DNA from: Candidatus Poribacteria bacterium
GTDB lineage: Bacteria > Poribacteria > WGA-4E > WGA-3G
Direction: 5' to 3'
DNA length: 64,000 bases
Assembly (NCBI GenBank): GCA_965205015.1
Contig: OZ242029.1
Coordinates: 4,256,001 to 4,320,000, forward strand
The notes beneath the pieces were generated by a model. The model saw only the letters and a program-made list of their open reading frames with translations, was not told the origin of the DNA and searched no databases. Shown here piece after piece: positions 37,862 to 48,378 of the stretch; position 1 is the stretch's first letter; every line of letters starts with the position of its first letter. The position numbers and the translations under genes are program-made.

Positions 37862-40108
37862 TTACCGGTTCCACCAATACGTCATTTTCCCCAAAACTGT
37901 CCAACCGAGGAGTTTAACACCGCCATCACGGGTGTCGTAACTCTGGTCGAAGACGAAGTAGATATCGCTGCCGGGACGGTAGATGTAGTTCACCAAAACG
38001 TTAGCCGAGAGGATATCCCTATCGGTACTCCATTGTGAGAACAACTTCGCGAAGAGTAGGGTCGAGAAGGAATACCCAACACGTCCACCGAAAGCGTTGG
38101 CATCGAATTCTTCACCCAGCAGTGTAATGCGGTTAAATTCGATAAACGGTTCTATACTCAACCGAGCTGTCGGTCTGGCGATTGCATCTATTAAAAAACC
38201 GCGCCGTGTTCCACTATAAAATTCACCGAATTCCACCTGCAACCGTGCGGCAATCATACGACTGCTGCTGGTCCGACCGGATACCTGAAATGATGTAAAA
38301 TTGTAATCGCCTTCTGGAATTTCCTGTCCTTGAAGGTTAAACCCTACATCTAAATTTTCAACTGTATTCTTGACTTCAAATCCGAGGTCGTCCCCTGTGT
38401 CAAACTCAAATTGCGTGTCAAAGGTTATCTCTTGGGTTTCCAATTCGTTCGCTTGGGTCAGAACGATATCGACTTCCGGTCCAATCTGAATCTCGCGGAT
38501 ACCAAATTTGTCTGGCCATGGGGTGTAGCTGGCATCACCGCGAAAACGACGGACATCCCGACGTTGAATGTAACCGACTTCAGGATTAAAGTCCTCGCCG
38601 ATGTCTGTGTATGAAGCGTCGAGTCGAAACAGATTCGTGCGCCAATCGCCGCCAATAAAGAAGGCGTAACTGTTCACAGTAATAGCCGATTCAAAGGTCT
38701 GAGACCATAATCCTTGTATGTTGGTTTCTCGCGTCGGACGGTAGGAAAAATCAAGTCCTGCTGTGCGATTGTATGCATCAGCATCTTGCTTATTAATAAG
38801 GATTCCCCCGACAGTTGACCCCTTTAAAATGTCTCGATTCACCCGCACGACTGAATAATTTGTGCGCGGTTTCCTGAATACATTCTCAGGATGGGGGCCG
38901 GGCACGTCCTTTTCATATTTGTCCGTGAATACGTTCAGAATCCCTATACCGTAAGGTCCAATTTTTCCGGTCATTTTGCCACCACCAAGGATCGGAATTG
39001 CACGTCCTCCCGCAAGCCCGATGCGACGGCTATAGAAAAGCAGTAAAGGGGGCGGTCTACGGAAACTCGGGCGTGGAATCCCGACATCGAAAATACTGGC
39101 ACCTTCTAAGAAAAACGGACGCTGTTCGGGAAAAAAGAGGCTAAAGCGCGTCAGGTTCACCTGTTCCTGATCTGCCTCTACTTGGGCAAAATCGGTGTTA
39201 ACGGTCAAATCAGCGGTCAGGTTCGGGGTTACGCCGTATTTGAAATCCACACCGGCTTCAAATACACCTTCAGTTTCTTCTACTGACGATCCATAACTCG
39301 CACCGGGTAGGACATACGGTAGCAATTCCAGATGCCTTGACGGCGTAATACCCTCTAAACCTTCGAGTGTGCCGAAATACGCTGTTCGGTACTTCGCCAA
39401 CCCGCCATACGTTTTGGGTGCTTCATTCCATGCATCAATTTCCCGCTTTCGTGCGATTTCGCGACCGAAGTTTAACCCCCAATTCATCACGTCGCTCTGT
39501 TCAAAGCGGAGTTGGCTGAACGGGATTGCGATTTCCGCTGTCCAATGGTCTTCATTGATTCTACAGCGGCACTCCCAAACAATATCCCAACTTGTGTTGA
39601 GGCTCCCACCACTGTTGGAGACTGCCGTGTCTTCCATCCCACCCACTGGAGTGAATCGGAAGAAAACAGCGTTTCGCCGGTCGTTGTAGGTGTCTAACAG
39701 CAAAAAGCCGTAATCGTTGGAACGCAAGCCTGGAGAATCCCGACGCATGTCGTTGGCGACAATCTTGTCCATCTCATCGTAAAAAATGAAACCGAAGTAC
39801 AGCTTCTTATCATCGTAAAGGATGCGGACTTCGGATGCTTCTGTCGCCGGTTCGCCTTGATCGGGTTGGATTTGATAGAGTTGGCGGATCGGTTCTACGC
39901 TTTGCCAAACGGATTCGTCAAACACCCCATCGACTTTGATTTCCTCAGAAGTCCGGTGTGCTGACATACGTGGCAACTCCCGTTCTGTTTGGGCATCTTG
40001 TGCATTGACACCGGGTGAAACGCATAGAACGCACATCCACAGCAGAAGGGAAAGTTTGATGTTTTGCATATATCGACGCAACTGAAAAATAGTAGTAAAA
40101 TGTCTCAT
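37862..40108 (-). CDS. CBM9-like + DUF5916 outer-membrane protein
   Basis: IKVDGVFDESVW, WTAEIAIPFSQLRF, DLTVNTDFAQVEAD, RFSLFFPEQRPFFLEG, FYSRRIG. Confidence 0.85.
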   Translation of the reverse strand: MRHFTTIFQLRRYMQNIKLSLLLWMCVLCVSPGVNAQDAQTERELPRMSAHRTSEEIKVDGVFDESVWQSVEPIRQLYQIQPDQGEPATEASEVRILYDDKKLYFGFIFYDEMDKIVANDMRRDSPGLRSNDYGFLLLDTYNDRRNAVFFRFTPVGGMEDTAVSNSGGSLNTSWDIVWECRCRINEDHWTAEIAIPFSQLRFEQSDVMNWGLNFGREIARKREIDAWNEAPKTYGGLAKYRTAYFGTLEGLEGITPSRHLELLPYVLPGASYGSSVEETEGVFEAGVDFKYGVTPNLTADLTVNTDFAQVEADQEQVNLTRFSLFFPEQRPFFLEGASIFDVGIPRPSFRRPPPLLLFYSRRIGLAGGRAIPILGGGKMTGKIGPYGIGILNVFTDKYEKDVPGPHPENVFRKPRTNYSVVRVNRDILKGSTVGGILINKQDADAYNRTAGLDFSYRPTRETNIQGLWSQTFESAITVNSYAFFIGGDWRTNLFRLDASYTDIGEDFNPEVGYIQRRDVRRFRGDASYTPWPDKFGIREIQIGPEVDIVLTQANELETQEITFDTQFEFDTGDDLGFEVKNTVENLDVGFNLQGQEIPEGDYNFTSFQVSGRTSSSRMIAARLQVEFGEFYSGTRRGFLIDAIARPTARLSIEPFIEFNRITLLGEEFDANAFGGRVGYSFSTLLFAKLFSQWSTDRDILSANVLVNYIYRPGSDIYFVFDQSYDTRDGGVKLLGWTVLGKMTYWWNR

Positions 40109-40166
40109 TACAGGTTGGTGCCTCCTTTTTCGCTGCTATATAAAAGGCGGGATTCTCAGGATTGTT

Positions 40167-40195
40167 ATCTTACTACATATAAATCCTACTGTCAA
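40167..40195 (-). promoter_or_regulatory. Sigma70-type promoter for the DUF5916 gene
   Basis: TTGACA-N17-TAAGAT on the minus strand. Confidence 0.5.
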
Positions 40196-40210
40196 GTCCT
40201 TCTGCGAATA

Positions 40211-40777
40211 TCAACGACGATAGATGCTGACCTCCATGCCGTCGCGTCTACCGGGGCGCCGTCGACTCTCAAACCAATGTGTTTCGGAGTCGTAGTGTGA
40301 ACGGACATGCGCTAAGTAATCAGCCATTTGGTCTGCTCTGCCGACGTTGTCAGCAACAATAGTCGCTGGATTGGTTAACCGAGATTCGATGGCTTGGAAA
40401 CAGGCGAAATAGCCATCTTTATTGTTATCAAGGAACAGAAAATCCACCGGTTCTTGGATGGTTTTGAGGACTTCTGCGGCATCACCAATCCGTGAATCGA
40501 CAAGAGCTGCCACACCTGCCCTTTCAAAATGTGTGCGTGCGCGTTGTGCGTTGGCATCCTCTATTTCCACTGTTATCAAACGTCCTGTGCCTAAGGTTTT
40601 TAGCACACGTAGCATCCATAACCCGGAATAACCGATGGCAGTTCCGCATTCTACAATCAGAGAGGGTTTTGCCTTTTCGACGCAACTGGCGAGCAATGTC
40701 GCTTTGTCAGGTCCCAACATAGGGACGCGTTCTTCCCGACACTGTTCCTCGACTTCTGCTAAAACCTGATCTAACAT
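40211..40777 (-). CDS. Class I SAM-dependent O-methyltransferase
   Basis: VECGTAIGYSG, GDAAEVL, DFLFLD, VADNV. Confidence 0.88.
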   Translation of the reverse strand: MLDQVLAEVEEQCREERVPMLGPDKATLLASCVEKAKPSLIVECGTAIGYSGLWMLRVLKTLGTGRLITVEIEDANAQRARTHFERAGVAALVDSRIGDAAEVLKTIQEPVDFLFLDNNKDGYFACFQAIESRLTNPATIVADNVGRADQMADYLAHVRSHYDSETHWFESRRRPGRRDGMEVSIYRR

Positions 40778-42033
40778 TAAGGTGCCTCCATATCTTTGCC
40801 ATCTTGCTGACTGGTGATGTGGTAATCAAAAAGCACATCGTTGATTGTATGATGATCTGTCGCTGCGTAGTGTTCCAAAAGTGTTTTAGGACCGTGATTC
40901 AAGGCGAAAATGCCGTAGTCTTTTCCGTTCGGTGATCGGGTAATGGAATGGATGTGATTCAAGTCCTCGCGGGGTCCATCGTCATCTCGACCGCGACGAC
41001 CCCCTCGATCGCGTCCGCCTCTGTCGCCGCGCCCGCCACCGACACCCCCTTCGTTGTTGAATTCGATCCAAACGGCGGGATTGAAAACGCGGTAGTAAAT
41101 TGGATCATCCGTGGTCGTGCCACCGATCCAGACGAAATAGGTGTTATCAAGTCCTGCATCAACATCTGCCATCCAGATGTCGGCAAACTCGGTTTCCAGA
41201 TTATAGACATACGTCTTAATCAGATTCCGAAGGTTTTCTTTCTGGGTTTCGTTCATCTCTGATGCTTTCAGACCTACACCTACAAAGTCGGAGTAGTCGT
41301 AATTCAGGAACGGATCTTCTGATCTGCCTGGACCGACTTGGAGTTCACGCCGGCCCGTTTGAATTGCTTTCTCTCTCTGATTCTCGTCAAGGCTGTTCAT
41401 GAGTGCGAAGGCATTGCCTCTTTCGTCTTTAAGGACTTCGGTGCCGTTGATGGTGGCAGGCTCGGATCCGATGAAAGCTGGGACGATAGAGACTTCATCA
41501 CCATGCACTAAAAAGTTAAGTGCCAAATGATGTCCGTCTAACTGGAAACCCCACGAACCATCTGTCTCTGGGTTTCCAAATAAGGCTATGTGATAATGAT
41601 TTGGATCCCAAAAGTTGGGTCTGATTTTGTTGAGATATGTTTCAACGTCTTTCGTAATGAGAGAAACTTTGGTATAGCCATCGTCACTCAAAAACGCGCT
41701 CAAAACTTCATGGAAGCGCGTCAGTTGTTCAGTGGATAACTGACCAAAACGAATACCGCCTCGGTCATCATCATTTGGGGGGAAGTTCGACCAACGGTAA
41801 GATTCCTTATGTCCAAGTGGAAAAGAGGCTTCGGTAAGCAGTTTACTACTTAGCGATGCGCGGAAACTTTTCATAACGGTCGCTAAGGCTATGATTGACG
41901 GTTTTGTAGAGATTTCAGCGATCCCTTCTGTGTTTTCTGCTTCAACAGTTGGGGTATCGAAAGTTTTGAGTGTGAGCGCAATTATACTTGATGCGAGCAT
42001 TACGGTGAATATAATTAAAATTTTGCGTAACAT
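40777..42033 (-). CDS. DUF3500 domain protein, exported
   Basis: WSNFP, LFGNP...WGFQLDGHHLALNF, PAFIGSEP, YYRV....VWIEF, NHIHSITR..NGKDYG. Confidence 0.8.
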   Translation of the reverse strand: MLRKILIIFTVMLASSIIALTLKTFDTPTVEAENTEGIAEISTKPSIIALATVMKSFRASLSSKLLTEASFPLGHKESYRWSNFPPNDDDRGGIRFGQLSTEQLTRFHEVLSAFLSDDGYTKVSLITKDVETYLNKIRPNFWDPNHYHIALFGNPETDGSWGFQLDGHHLALNFLVHGDEVSIVPAFIGSEPATINGTEVLKDERGNAFALMNSLDENQREKAIQTGRRELQVGPGRSEDPFLNYDYSDFVGVGLKASEMNETQKENLRNLIKTYVYNLETEFADIWMADVDAGLDNTYFVWIGGTTTDDPIYYRVFNPAVWIEFNNEGGVGGGRGDRGGRDRGGRRGRDDDGPREDLNHIHSITRSPNGKDYGIFALNHGPKTLLEHYAATDHHTINDVLFDYHITSQQDGKDMEAP

Positions 42034-42105
42034 GGAATCCTCTCAAATAGTTGTTATACTGCCCCAGAGAATACACTCGTCTCTGAAAGCCGTTGTTCCC
42101 ACAAG

Positions 42106-42708
42106 TTAAAGTGGAAATTTTTCGTTGATCATCATAAGGGGTTCCTGATTTGCCAACACCCGATAGGCGCGACTGATAAACTTTTCACCTTCAAGATGTG
42201 CCACAGCGGATGGAAGATTGGTTAAGACCTCAATACCACACCAGAGCAGCTCCCGTCGAGTCTCTAAATCACTATGCTGCAGAAGGCCACCGAGTCCCTG
42301 TTTGTCGGATTCTAATCCATTCAAAATGGATTCCGGCAGACGTTTCGGCACAATAAGTGAGTCGGCATAGGTATGTATTCTGGGTAATGATTTTTCCTGT
42401 GAATGGGTTTGGAGGACTGCTTGCCGTGAAATGATCTCTGATCCCGTAGATAGTTGGAGCCATGTATGTTCGGTGGATAGCGTCTGTTTGGTTTGTTGGA
42501 GTAAGGTTACCTCTACCGGCATGAGTGTGTAGGCTTCAATAAATCGCGTAACCGTCCCATCGGCGACGAGCAACCCACGTTGGAACGCAGTCAGTTGCGC
42601 GAGGTTGATTCTTTTTAAGGTTTCAGGTTTATGGTCTTGCGCGACAAAGAGTGCCTTCATGCGGGTATTAACGAAGGTCCCCTGTTGTGTAACTGTGTCT
42701 GTTTTCAT
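42106..42708 (-). CDS. Chorismate pyruvate-lyase-like (DUF98/Rv2949c family) protein
   Basis: QRGLLVADGTVTRFIEAY, YADSLIV, GLGGLL..SDLETRREL, SRAY, MINEKFP. Confidence 0.75.
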   Translation of the reverse strand: MKTDTVTQQGTFVNTRMKALFVAQDHKPETLKRINLAQLTAFQRGLLVADGTVTRFIEAYTLMPVEVTLLQQTKQTLSTEHTWLQLSTGSEIISRQAVLQTHSQEKSLPRIHTYADSLIVPKRLPESILNGLESDKQGLGGLLQHSDLETRRELLWCGIEVLTNLPSAVAHLEGEKFISRAYRVLANQEPLMMINEKFPL

Positions 42709-42828
42709 GGTCAAAGTTCTCTTTATTTCTGGAAGAAGCACGTTCACGCGAACGTAACATGCGATATTTGGGGTTGTTGTTCAATTTTTTAGACACATAA
42801 GGCTAAAAAAAAGTTCGTGAATATGCAT

Positions 42829-42857
42829 TTGACATACCAATCGTGATGACGTATACT
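42829..42857 (+). promoter_or_regulatory. Sigma70-type promoter
   Basis: TTGACA-N17-TATACT. Confidence 0.6.
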
Positions 42858-42977
42858 ATGGACAAAACGACATCTCAATAAGATGAACGTTATGACGCCT
42901 GATGATGTTTACGTCCGAAAAGCGATAGAGGGTGATGATGGGGTTTCTAATCCCGCTTTCATGAGGTTTCGTTCCAA

Positions 42978-43835
42978 GTGTCCAAAGTTTTAATCAAATC
43001 TATATCTCTTTTTTTAATCAGTACTTCTTTACTTTTCAGCAGTTTCACGGCAATTGCAGAAGAACTTCCCTTATCCCTCGGCGAACATCTCTTCGCGCAG
43101 GGCAACTACGATGCCGCTATTACCGAGTATAAACGTTTTCTCTACTTCCATCCATCAGATAAACGTATTGGCGAGGTGTATTACAACGTTGGACTTGCCT
43201 ATAGAGCACAAGGTCTGTGGACAGAGGCAGTCACTGCCTTGCGAACGGCGACACATCTCGCTACAGATGCCGAAGCAAAATCGGAATACCAGCTGGAACT
43301 CGCCGTAACGCTGATCGCGGCGCAGGACTACGATCTGGCTCGGTTGGAATTGGTTAAGGTGACAATGCGACCCCTTCCCACGCAGTTGTACCGACGCGCA
43401 CTTTTCTTGCAAGCCGTTGCGTATCTCTATCAGTTTCGATGGGAGGACGCCCGGGAATCACTACAAAACTATACAACCGATGAAAGATTGGATATTCTCT
43501 TTGAGGCAGCTACTGATATACCGCTGAAATCTGAGAAGGTTGCGCGGGTATTGTCAACAATCCTGCCTGGTGCGGGACAGGTGTATGCAGGCGATTGGAG
43601 AGGTGGGTTAAACGCGCTTCTGCTGAACGGTGTACTCGGTGTTCTCGCTGTTGACTTGGTGTTAGACGGATATTATGTAGATGCGGGGTTGTGGGGAGTG
43701 TTCATTTTCTGGCGTTACTACCGGGGTAACACCTTTCGTGCGGGACAAGCAGCTGAGCGATTCAACCAGGAGGAATCTCACAAAGCCACCGATGCCATCT
43801 TACAACGACTCCAAGAAATTGTTGGCACACCTTGA
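42978..43835 (+). CDS. Exported TPR protein with C-terminal membrane segment, paralog of 27009-27893
   Basis: LFAQGNYDAAITEYKRFLYF; ARVLSTILPGAGQVYAG. Confidence 0.8.
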   Translation: MSKVLIKSISLFLISTSLLFSSFTAIAEELPLSLGEHLFAQGNYDAAITEYKRFLYFHPSDKRIGEVYYNVGLAYRAQGLWTEAVTALRTATHLATDAEAKSEYQLELAVTLIAAQDYDLARLELVKVTMRPLPTQLYRRALFLQAVAYLYQFRWEDARESLQNYTTDERLDILFEAATDIPLKSEKVARVLSTILPGAGQVYAGDWRGGLNALLLNGVLGVLAVDLVLDGYYVDAGLWGVFIFWRYYRGNTFRAGQAAERFNQEESHKATDAILQRLQEIVGTP

Positions 43836-43844
43836 ACGTGGCAC

Positions 43845-45740
43845 CTATGATCCTTGGCGTTTTTGAAGCGTGTACACGACCGCAACGAGTACTATCGCGA
43901 TGGCGAAGGTCCAGACGTTATAAATGTATGCCAAGAATGTCGCAAGCGCAAGCAATATCCACTCATACCAATGCGTCTTACGGACGAAGAAGCCCATCGT
44001 TACAATAGAGAAGATAACTGTGCCGACCACAGCCGATACCACAGATAGCACATATTCAACCGGTGTACCCCCTGTAAACAGGATGTGGGTATACGCAAAT
44101 AGCAGCGGCATGATATAGAGCAGTTTGGAGAACTTAAAACATGCCCATCCCGTCTGCCAGGGATCAGCACGGGCGATAGCGGCACCCGCATAGGCTCCCA
44201 AGGCGACCGGTGGTGTGATGTTCGAATCTTGACTCAGCCAGAAGATGATGAGATGCGCAGCAATAATCGGTATGCCCATCTCAGGCGTCGTCAGGATCGG
44301 CACAGCGAGTTCAGAGGTAATAAGATAGGCGGCGGTCACAGGAATTCCCATTCCGAGTACAAGAGAAGCTGCAGCGAGAAGCAGAATTGCGATGGTCTTG
44401 TTAGTCCCCGCAACCGACAGCACTAAATCCGGGAATATCCTTCCTAAACCCGTCAAATCTATGACGGCAACGATAATACCAATAGTGCCAACCGCACCGC
44501 CAATAGCGAGCGAATTCTTTGCCCCCATCACCATCGCTTCCCAGATACGTTTCGGTGTTAATCGTGTCTCTGGACGGAAATAACTCACCGCAATTGTGAC
44601 AAGGATTGCGAAGAATGCCGCTTTGTAAGCGGTATAGCCAGCAATTAAGATACCCACAAGCGTCAGCAACGGGAGTAAATAATACCAACCACTTTTAAGA
44701 AGGGATAAAAATTTCGGGATTTCTGCGTCTGGTATCCGTTCGAGTCCCTGCTTTTTCGCCTCAAAATGTACCATCACCCAAACGGAGAGGAAATAGAGAA
44801 CGGCTGGCACGATGGATAGAAGGGCAATTTTACTATAGGGAAGCCCCGTCCGTTCTGCCATGAGAAACGCCCCTGCTCCCATCACGGGGGGTAGGAATTG
44901 CCCACCGACAGAGGCGGAAGCCTCGACTGCCCCAGCGATATGCGGACGGAAGCCGGTCCGTTTCATTAAGGGTATCGTAAACGTGCCGGTAGCGACTGTA
45001 TTCGCAATCGCACTTCCCGCAACGGACCCAAAAAAACCGGAGGTCATGACCGAAACTTTCGCAGCCCCGCCTATTGAGCGTCCCGCTATTGACATCGGTA
45101 GGTTGATAAAGAATTGCCCGACCCCCGATTTCTCCAGAAATGCCCCGAAAAAAATAAAGAGAATCACGTAAGTCGCCATCACGTTTGCCATGATGCCGAA
45201 GACCCCCGCTTGGCTGAAAAAGCAGTATTCGATAATCCGACGAAGTGGAAACCCGCGATGCGCGATAGCATCCGGCAGAGAGCGACCGAAAAGCGCATAG
45301 AGAATACCGATTATAGCGATGATAGGCAGTGCCCAACCGACTGTCCGACGGCTCACCTCAAAACTAATTACGATCGCGACCGCGCCTACGAAAATATCGA
45401 GTTGGCTGTAATTGCCTGCCCGATTGACAAGATTCGGGTATTCTACAATCCAGTAGCCGATGGTGAAGATGCTGAGGGCAATCATGCCGAGGTCTATGAG
45501 GGATGGACGGGATACTGGAGAGTTCTTCCGACATCGGTAAAAGATGCCGATCAACGCGAAGGTCAGCAGGAGATAGAAACCGAGATGGAATTGCTCACTG
45601 GCACTCCCAAACCCTGCGCTATAGATATAAAAGAGGACGAGCGCAGCCGCACCGAGTTCAAAAATCCATTTGTATATTTTTTTTAACTCGGTGCGTTGGT
45701 TCTCAAGACCAGAGACTTCTTTTGATTCAGTTTGTGTCAT
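43845..45740 (-). CDS. TRAP transporter fused 4TM/12TM permease
   Basis: GSAIANTVATGTFTIPLMKRTG, EASASVGGQFLPPVMGAGAF, NITPPVAL. Confidence 0.92.
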   Translation of the reverse strand: MTQTESKEVSGLENQRTELKKIYKWIFELGAAALVLFYIYSAGFGSASEQFHLGFYLLLTFALIGIFYRCRKNSPVSRPSLIDLGMIALSIFTIGYWIVEYPNLVNRAGNYSQLDIFVGAVAIVISFEVSRRTVGWALPIIAIIGILYALFGRSLPDAIAHRGFPLRRIIEYCFFSQAGVFGIMANVMATYVILFIFFGAFLEKSGVGQFFINLPMSIAGRSIGGAAKVSVMTSGFFGSVAGSAIANTVATGTFTIPLMKRTGFRPHIAGAVEASASVGGQFLPPVMGAGAFLMAERTGLPYSKIALLSIVPAVLYFLSVWVMVHFEAKKQGLERIPDAEIPKFLSLLKSGWYYLLPLLTLVGILIAGYTAYKAAFFAILVTIAVSYFRPETRLTPKRIWEAMVMGAKNSLAIGGAVGTIGIIVAVIDLTGLGRIFPDLVLSVAGTNKTIAILLLAAASLVLGMGIPVTAAYLITSELAVPILTTPEMGIPIIAAHLIIFWLSQDSNITPPVALGAYAGAAIARADPWQTGWACFKFSKLLYIMPLLFAYTHILFTGGTPVEYVLSVVSAVVGTVIFSIVTMGFFVRKTHWYEWILLALATFLAYIYNVWTFAIAIVLVAVVYTLQKRQGS

Positions 45741-45928
45741 TTTTCCTCCACCAGGGATAATCCCTTTAATAATTCTACATCAAATTGGCACAGAAGGCAA
45801 CGGTTTTCGGATAAGTAACCTTCCAAATGGCACTTTTCGCATTTTGTCAAGAAAATTGAGGCGATTTGCAACTAACATGACATTGAAAACAATTAAATGG
45901 ACCCTTATGCCTTAGCAAACACCGGTTC

Positions 45929-45951
45929 GTAGTCGTGCGATTCATCGCACG
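45929..45951 (+). repeat. GTAG-type REP-like palindrome, family B
   Basis: gtagtcgtgcgattcatcgcacg, identical at 54254-54276. Confidence 0.85.
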
Positions 45952-46013
45952 CTCTGCCAAGAAGTGCCCAGATATTTTTGGACTTCACTATAAATGAGGA
46001 GAGGAACACACTT

Positions 46014-46885
46014 GTGAAACGCATCAGTCAATTTTTACTTAGTTTTCTCGTTTTGGGCGTAATTTTTTCATGCGCTCGAACACCCCAGCGTATTGAATTA
46101 CATCCAGTATATGTTATACCGCGCGGCACTCCGGAAGGTCCGGGCTTACCCCTTGGTGTGGCTGAAGGTTTAGATACGGAAAAAGTAAAAGCATCTACAG
46201 TCCGTGTGGTTTACGGAGAGGGGGATTCAACGATGAAACGAATACTCCGGCGTATGCCAAGCGTGGATATGCCAAAACCCTCCTTGGTCACGCTGAATTT
46301 ATTACGGATCACGCGGAGGTAGCACAACAGTCTTATCGTGCTGCGATTGAAGACTATGATAAAGCCATCGGTATCTATCCAAAGTTTCCCTCATACGCCG
46401 AGCGTGGGACGGTGAAGCTCTCCTTAGGCATCTCTGAAACCACCCAAGGGCGTACCACGGAAGCACAGCAGTACTATTATGCTGCGATTGAAGACTTTGA
46501 TAAGGCTACCAGTTATGATCGGCATGATACTTATGCTTACATCATTCGTGGGTATACAAAAATTTGCTTGGGTGATTTTGAATCTGATAAAGGGAATATC
46601 GAGGAAGCTCGAAGCCTATATGAAGCAGGGAGAACCGATAGTGATTCAGCAATCCGGTTAGACTCGGAGAATTCTTACTGCTACCACACGCGCGGAGTAG
46701 CGAAGGCAAAACTTGATGATTACAAGGGCGCGATTGATGATTTCGATAAGACTGTTAGCCTCAAGCCTGACTTTGCCAGAGCCTACTACAATCGGGCAGT
46801 TGCGAAGAAAATACTTGGACAAAAGAGGTCCGCGAAAGCAGATTTCAAAAAGGCGAAGGAACTTGACTCGGATATAAGAAAATAA
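46014..46885 (+). pseudogene. Frameshifted lipoprotein-TPR gene
   Basis: Lipoprotein leader (IFSC) in one frame; TPR repeats (AYAKRGYAK...AIEDYDKAI...) continue in the -1 frame from about 46226; G5 run at 46220-46224. Confidence 0.7.
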
Positions 46886-46958
46886 TCTCCTATTTGCCAG
46901 CAAAAGTGAATTATGATAGAATAGCGGTACGTCAACTGATTCAGAAAGGAGACACAAA

Positions 46959-48011
46959 ATGGCAATAGGATTGGGCGTTATTGGGATGAACCCCACGAAT
47001 ATGGGGTCAACTGCGACCCTGTTAAAGGATGTGCCGGACCTGAAGTATGAACTCCGGGGTATTTGCGCGAAGCGGGCAGATGTGCTTGAGAACTACGCCA
47101 ACCAAATTGGCGTGGACTTTTGGACGACAGATTATCGAGAATTGGTGCAGCGCGAAGATATTTCTGTCATCGCTATCTATTCCCCAGACCACCTGCACGC
47201 TGAACATTGCGTCGCGGCGATAGAAGCTGGAAAACATGTCATCTGTACAAAGCCGATGGTGACCAAGTTAGACGACGCGCAACAGTTGGTGGATCTGGTG
47301 CGCGAGCATAAAGTCAAATTCCTTGTGGGACAGTCGATGCGGTTTGACCTCCAGTTTTTGACAATGAAAGGGTTTCTCGACGACGGTGATTTAGGCGACA
47401 TTATGCTGGCGGATGCCTATTATGTCCACGACATGCGCGAGGTTTATGATTTCACACCGTGGCGGCTCCATGAGCCGCAAGATTTGATGTTCGGTGGTAT
47501 TGTGCATCCTGTTGACCTATTGCGCTGTCTCCTCGGTGATGTAGATGAGGTGCACGCCTATGGGACGAAAGGCTTGCTCACACCCGAATACCCCATAAAG
47601 AACAATTTTTTTCTCAATCTGAAGTTTAAGAGCGGACAGATTGCGAGAGCGATGGGGCTTTACGATGTCGTTCATCCCCCGATGCCGATGCAGCAGATCT
47701 CCGTTTTCGGAAGTAAAGGGACGGTAATTGGGGACTTTACGGATAACAGAGAGGGACACGTCAAGTTGATGCTCGATAAAATGGCCACCAGAGAACCCTT
47801 TGAAGTGATCTGTCCTCCTGAAATAGACACAAGCGTTTACGGACATGGACAGACGGTTATCCGATATATGCGCCATTTTCAGCAGTGCCTTGAGGAAGAT
47901 TTAGAACCCGCACCGAATGTAATTGACGGTGCGAAGTCTATTGCTGTCGGTGTAGCGGCGTGGGAGTCTATTGAGACAGGACAACCCGTGAAGGTATTCA
48001 ACGACTTTTAG
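46959..48011 (+). CDS. Gfo/Idh/MocA family oxidoreductase
   Basis: LGVIG, SPDHLHAEH, AGKHVICTKPM, HPVDLL. Confidence 0.9.
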   Translation: MAIGLGVIGMNPTNMGSTATLLKDVPDLKYELRGICAKRADVLENYANQIGVDFWTTDYRELVQREDISVIAIYSPDHLHAEHCVAAIEAGKHVICTKPMVTKLDDAQQLVDLVREHKVKFLVGQSMRFDLQFLTMKGFLDDGDLGDIMLADAYYVHDMREVYDFTPWRLHEPQDLMFGGIVHPVDLLRCLLGDVDEVHAYGTKGLLTPEYPIKNNFFLNLKFKSGQIARAMGLYDVVHPPMPMQQISVFGSKGTVIGDFTDNREGHVKLMLDKMATREPFEVICPPEIDTSVYGHGQTVIRYMRHFQQCLEEDLEPAPNVIDGAKSIAVGVAAWESIETGQPVKVFNDF

Positions 48012-48201
48012 CAACACCTTTCCGTCTAATCCACTCCACCGGCTTGCAGGGAATAATTAAAACGTGTGCTGCGGATTTTTAATGAAACCGTAGCACATAA
48101 TGAAATGGAGTGCGGATATACGGAGAGGCACATCAATATCCGCAGAGGAAACACTCAAGCAAAAACACCCACCTTACCGACCCGCAAGGAATAATTAAAA
48201 T

Positions 48202-48230
48202 TTGACATTTTGTTTTGCATAATATATAAT
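48202..48230 (+). promoter_or_regulatory. Consensus sigma70 promoter of the metal operon
   Basis: TTGACA-N17-TATAAT. Confidence 0.8.
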
Positions 48231-48248
48231 TTAGGTATACCTAAATTA
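48227..48248. promoter_or_regulatory. DtxR/MntR-family operator
   Basis: Perfect 22-bp palindrome taatttaggtatacctaaatta overlapping the -10; TTAGG..CCTAA core typical of DtxR-family boxes. Confidence 0.85.
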
Positions 48249-48378
48249 ATTTCTCAATGTTTCTAACAATTTTGGCACATAATGCCTAAAACTGAATGGG
48301 TGTAACGCCCATACATTTACTGACCGCAGTGGGAAAACGAAGGGCATTGTCTGTTCCCCCTGCGGATTGGAAAGAACA

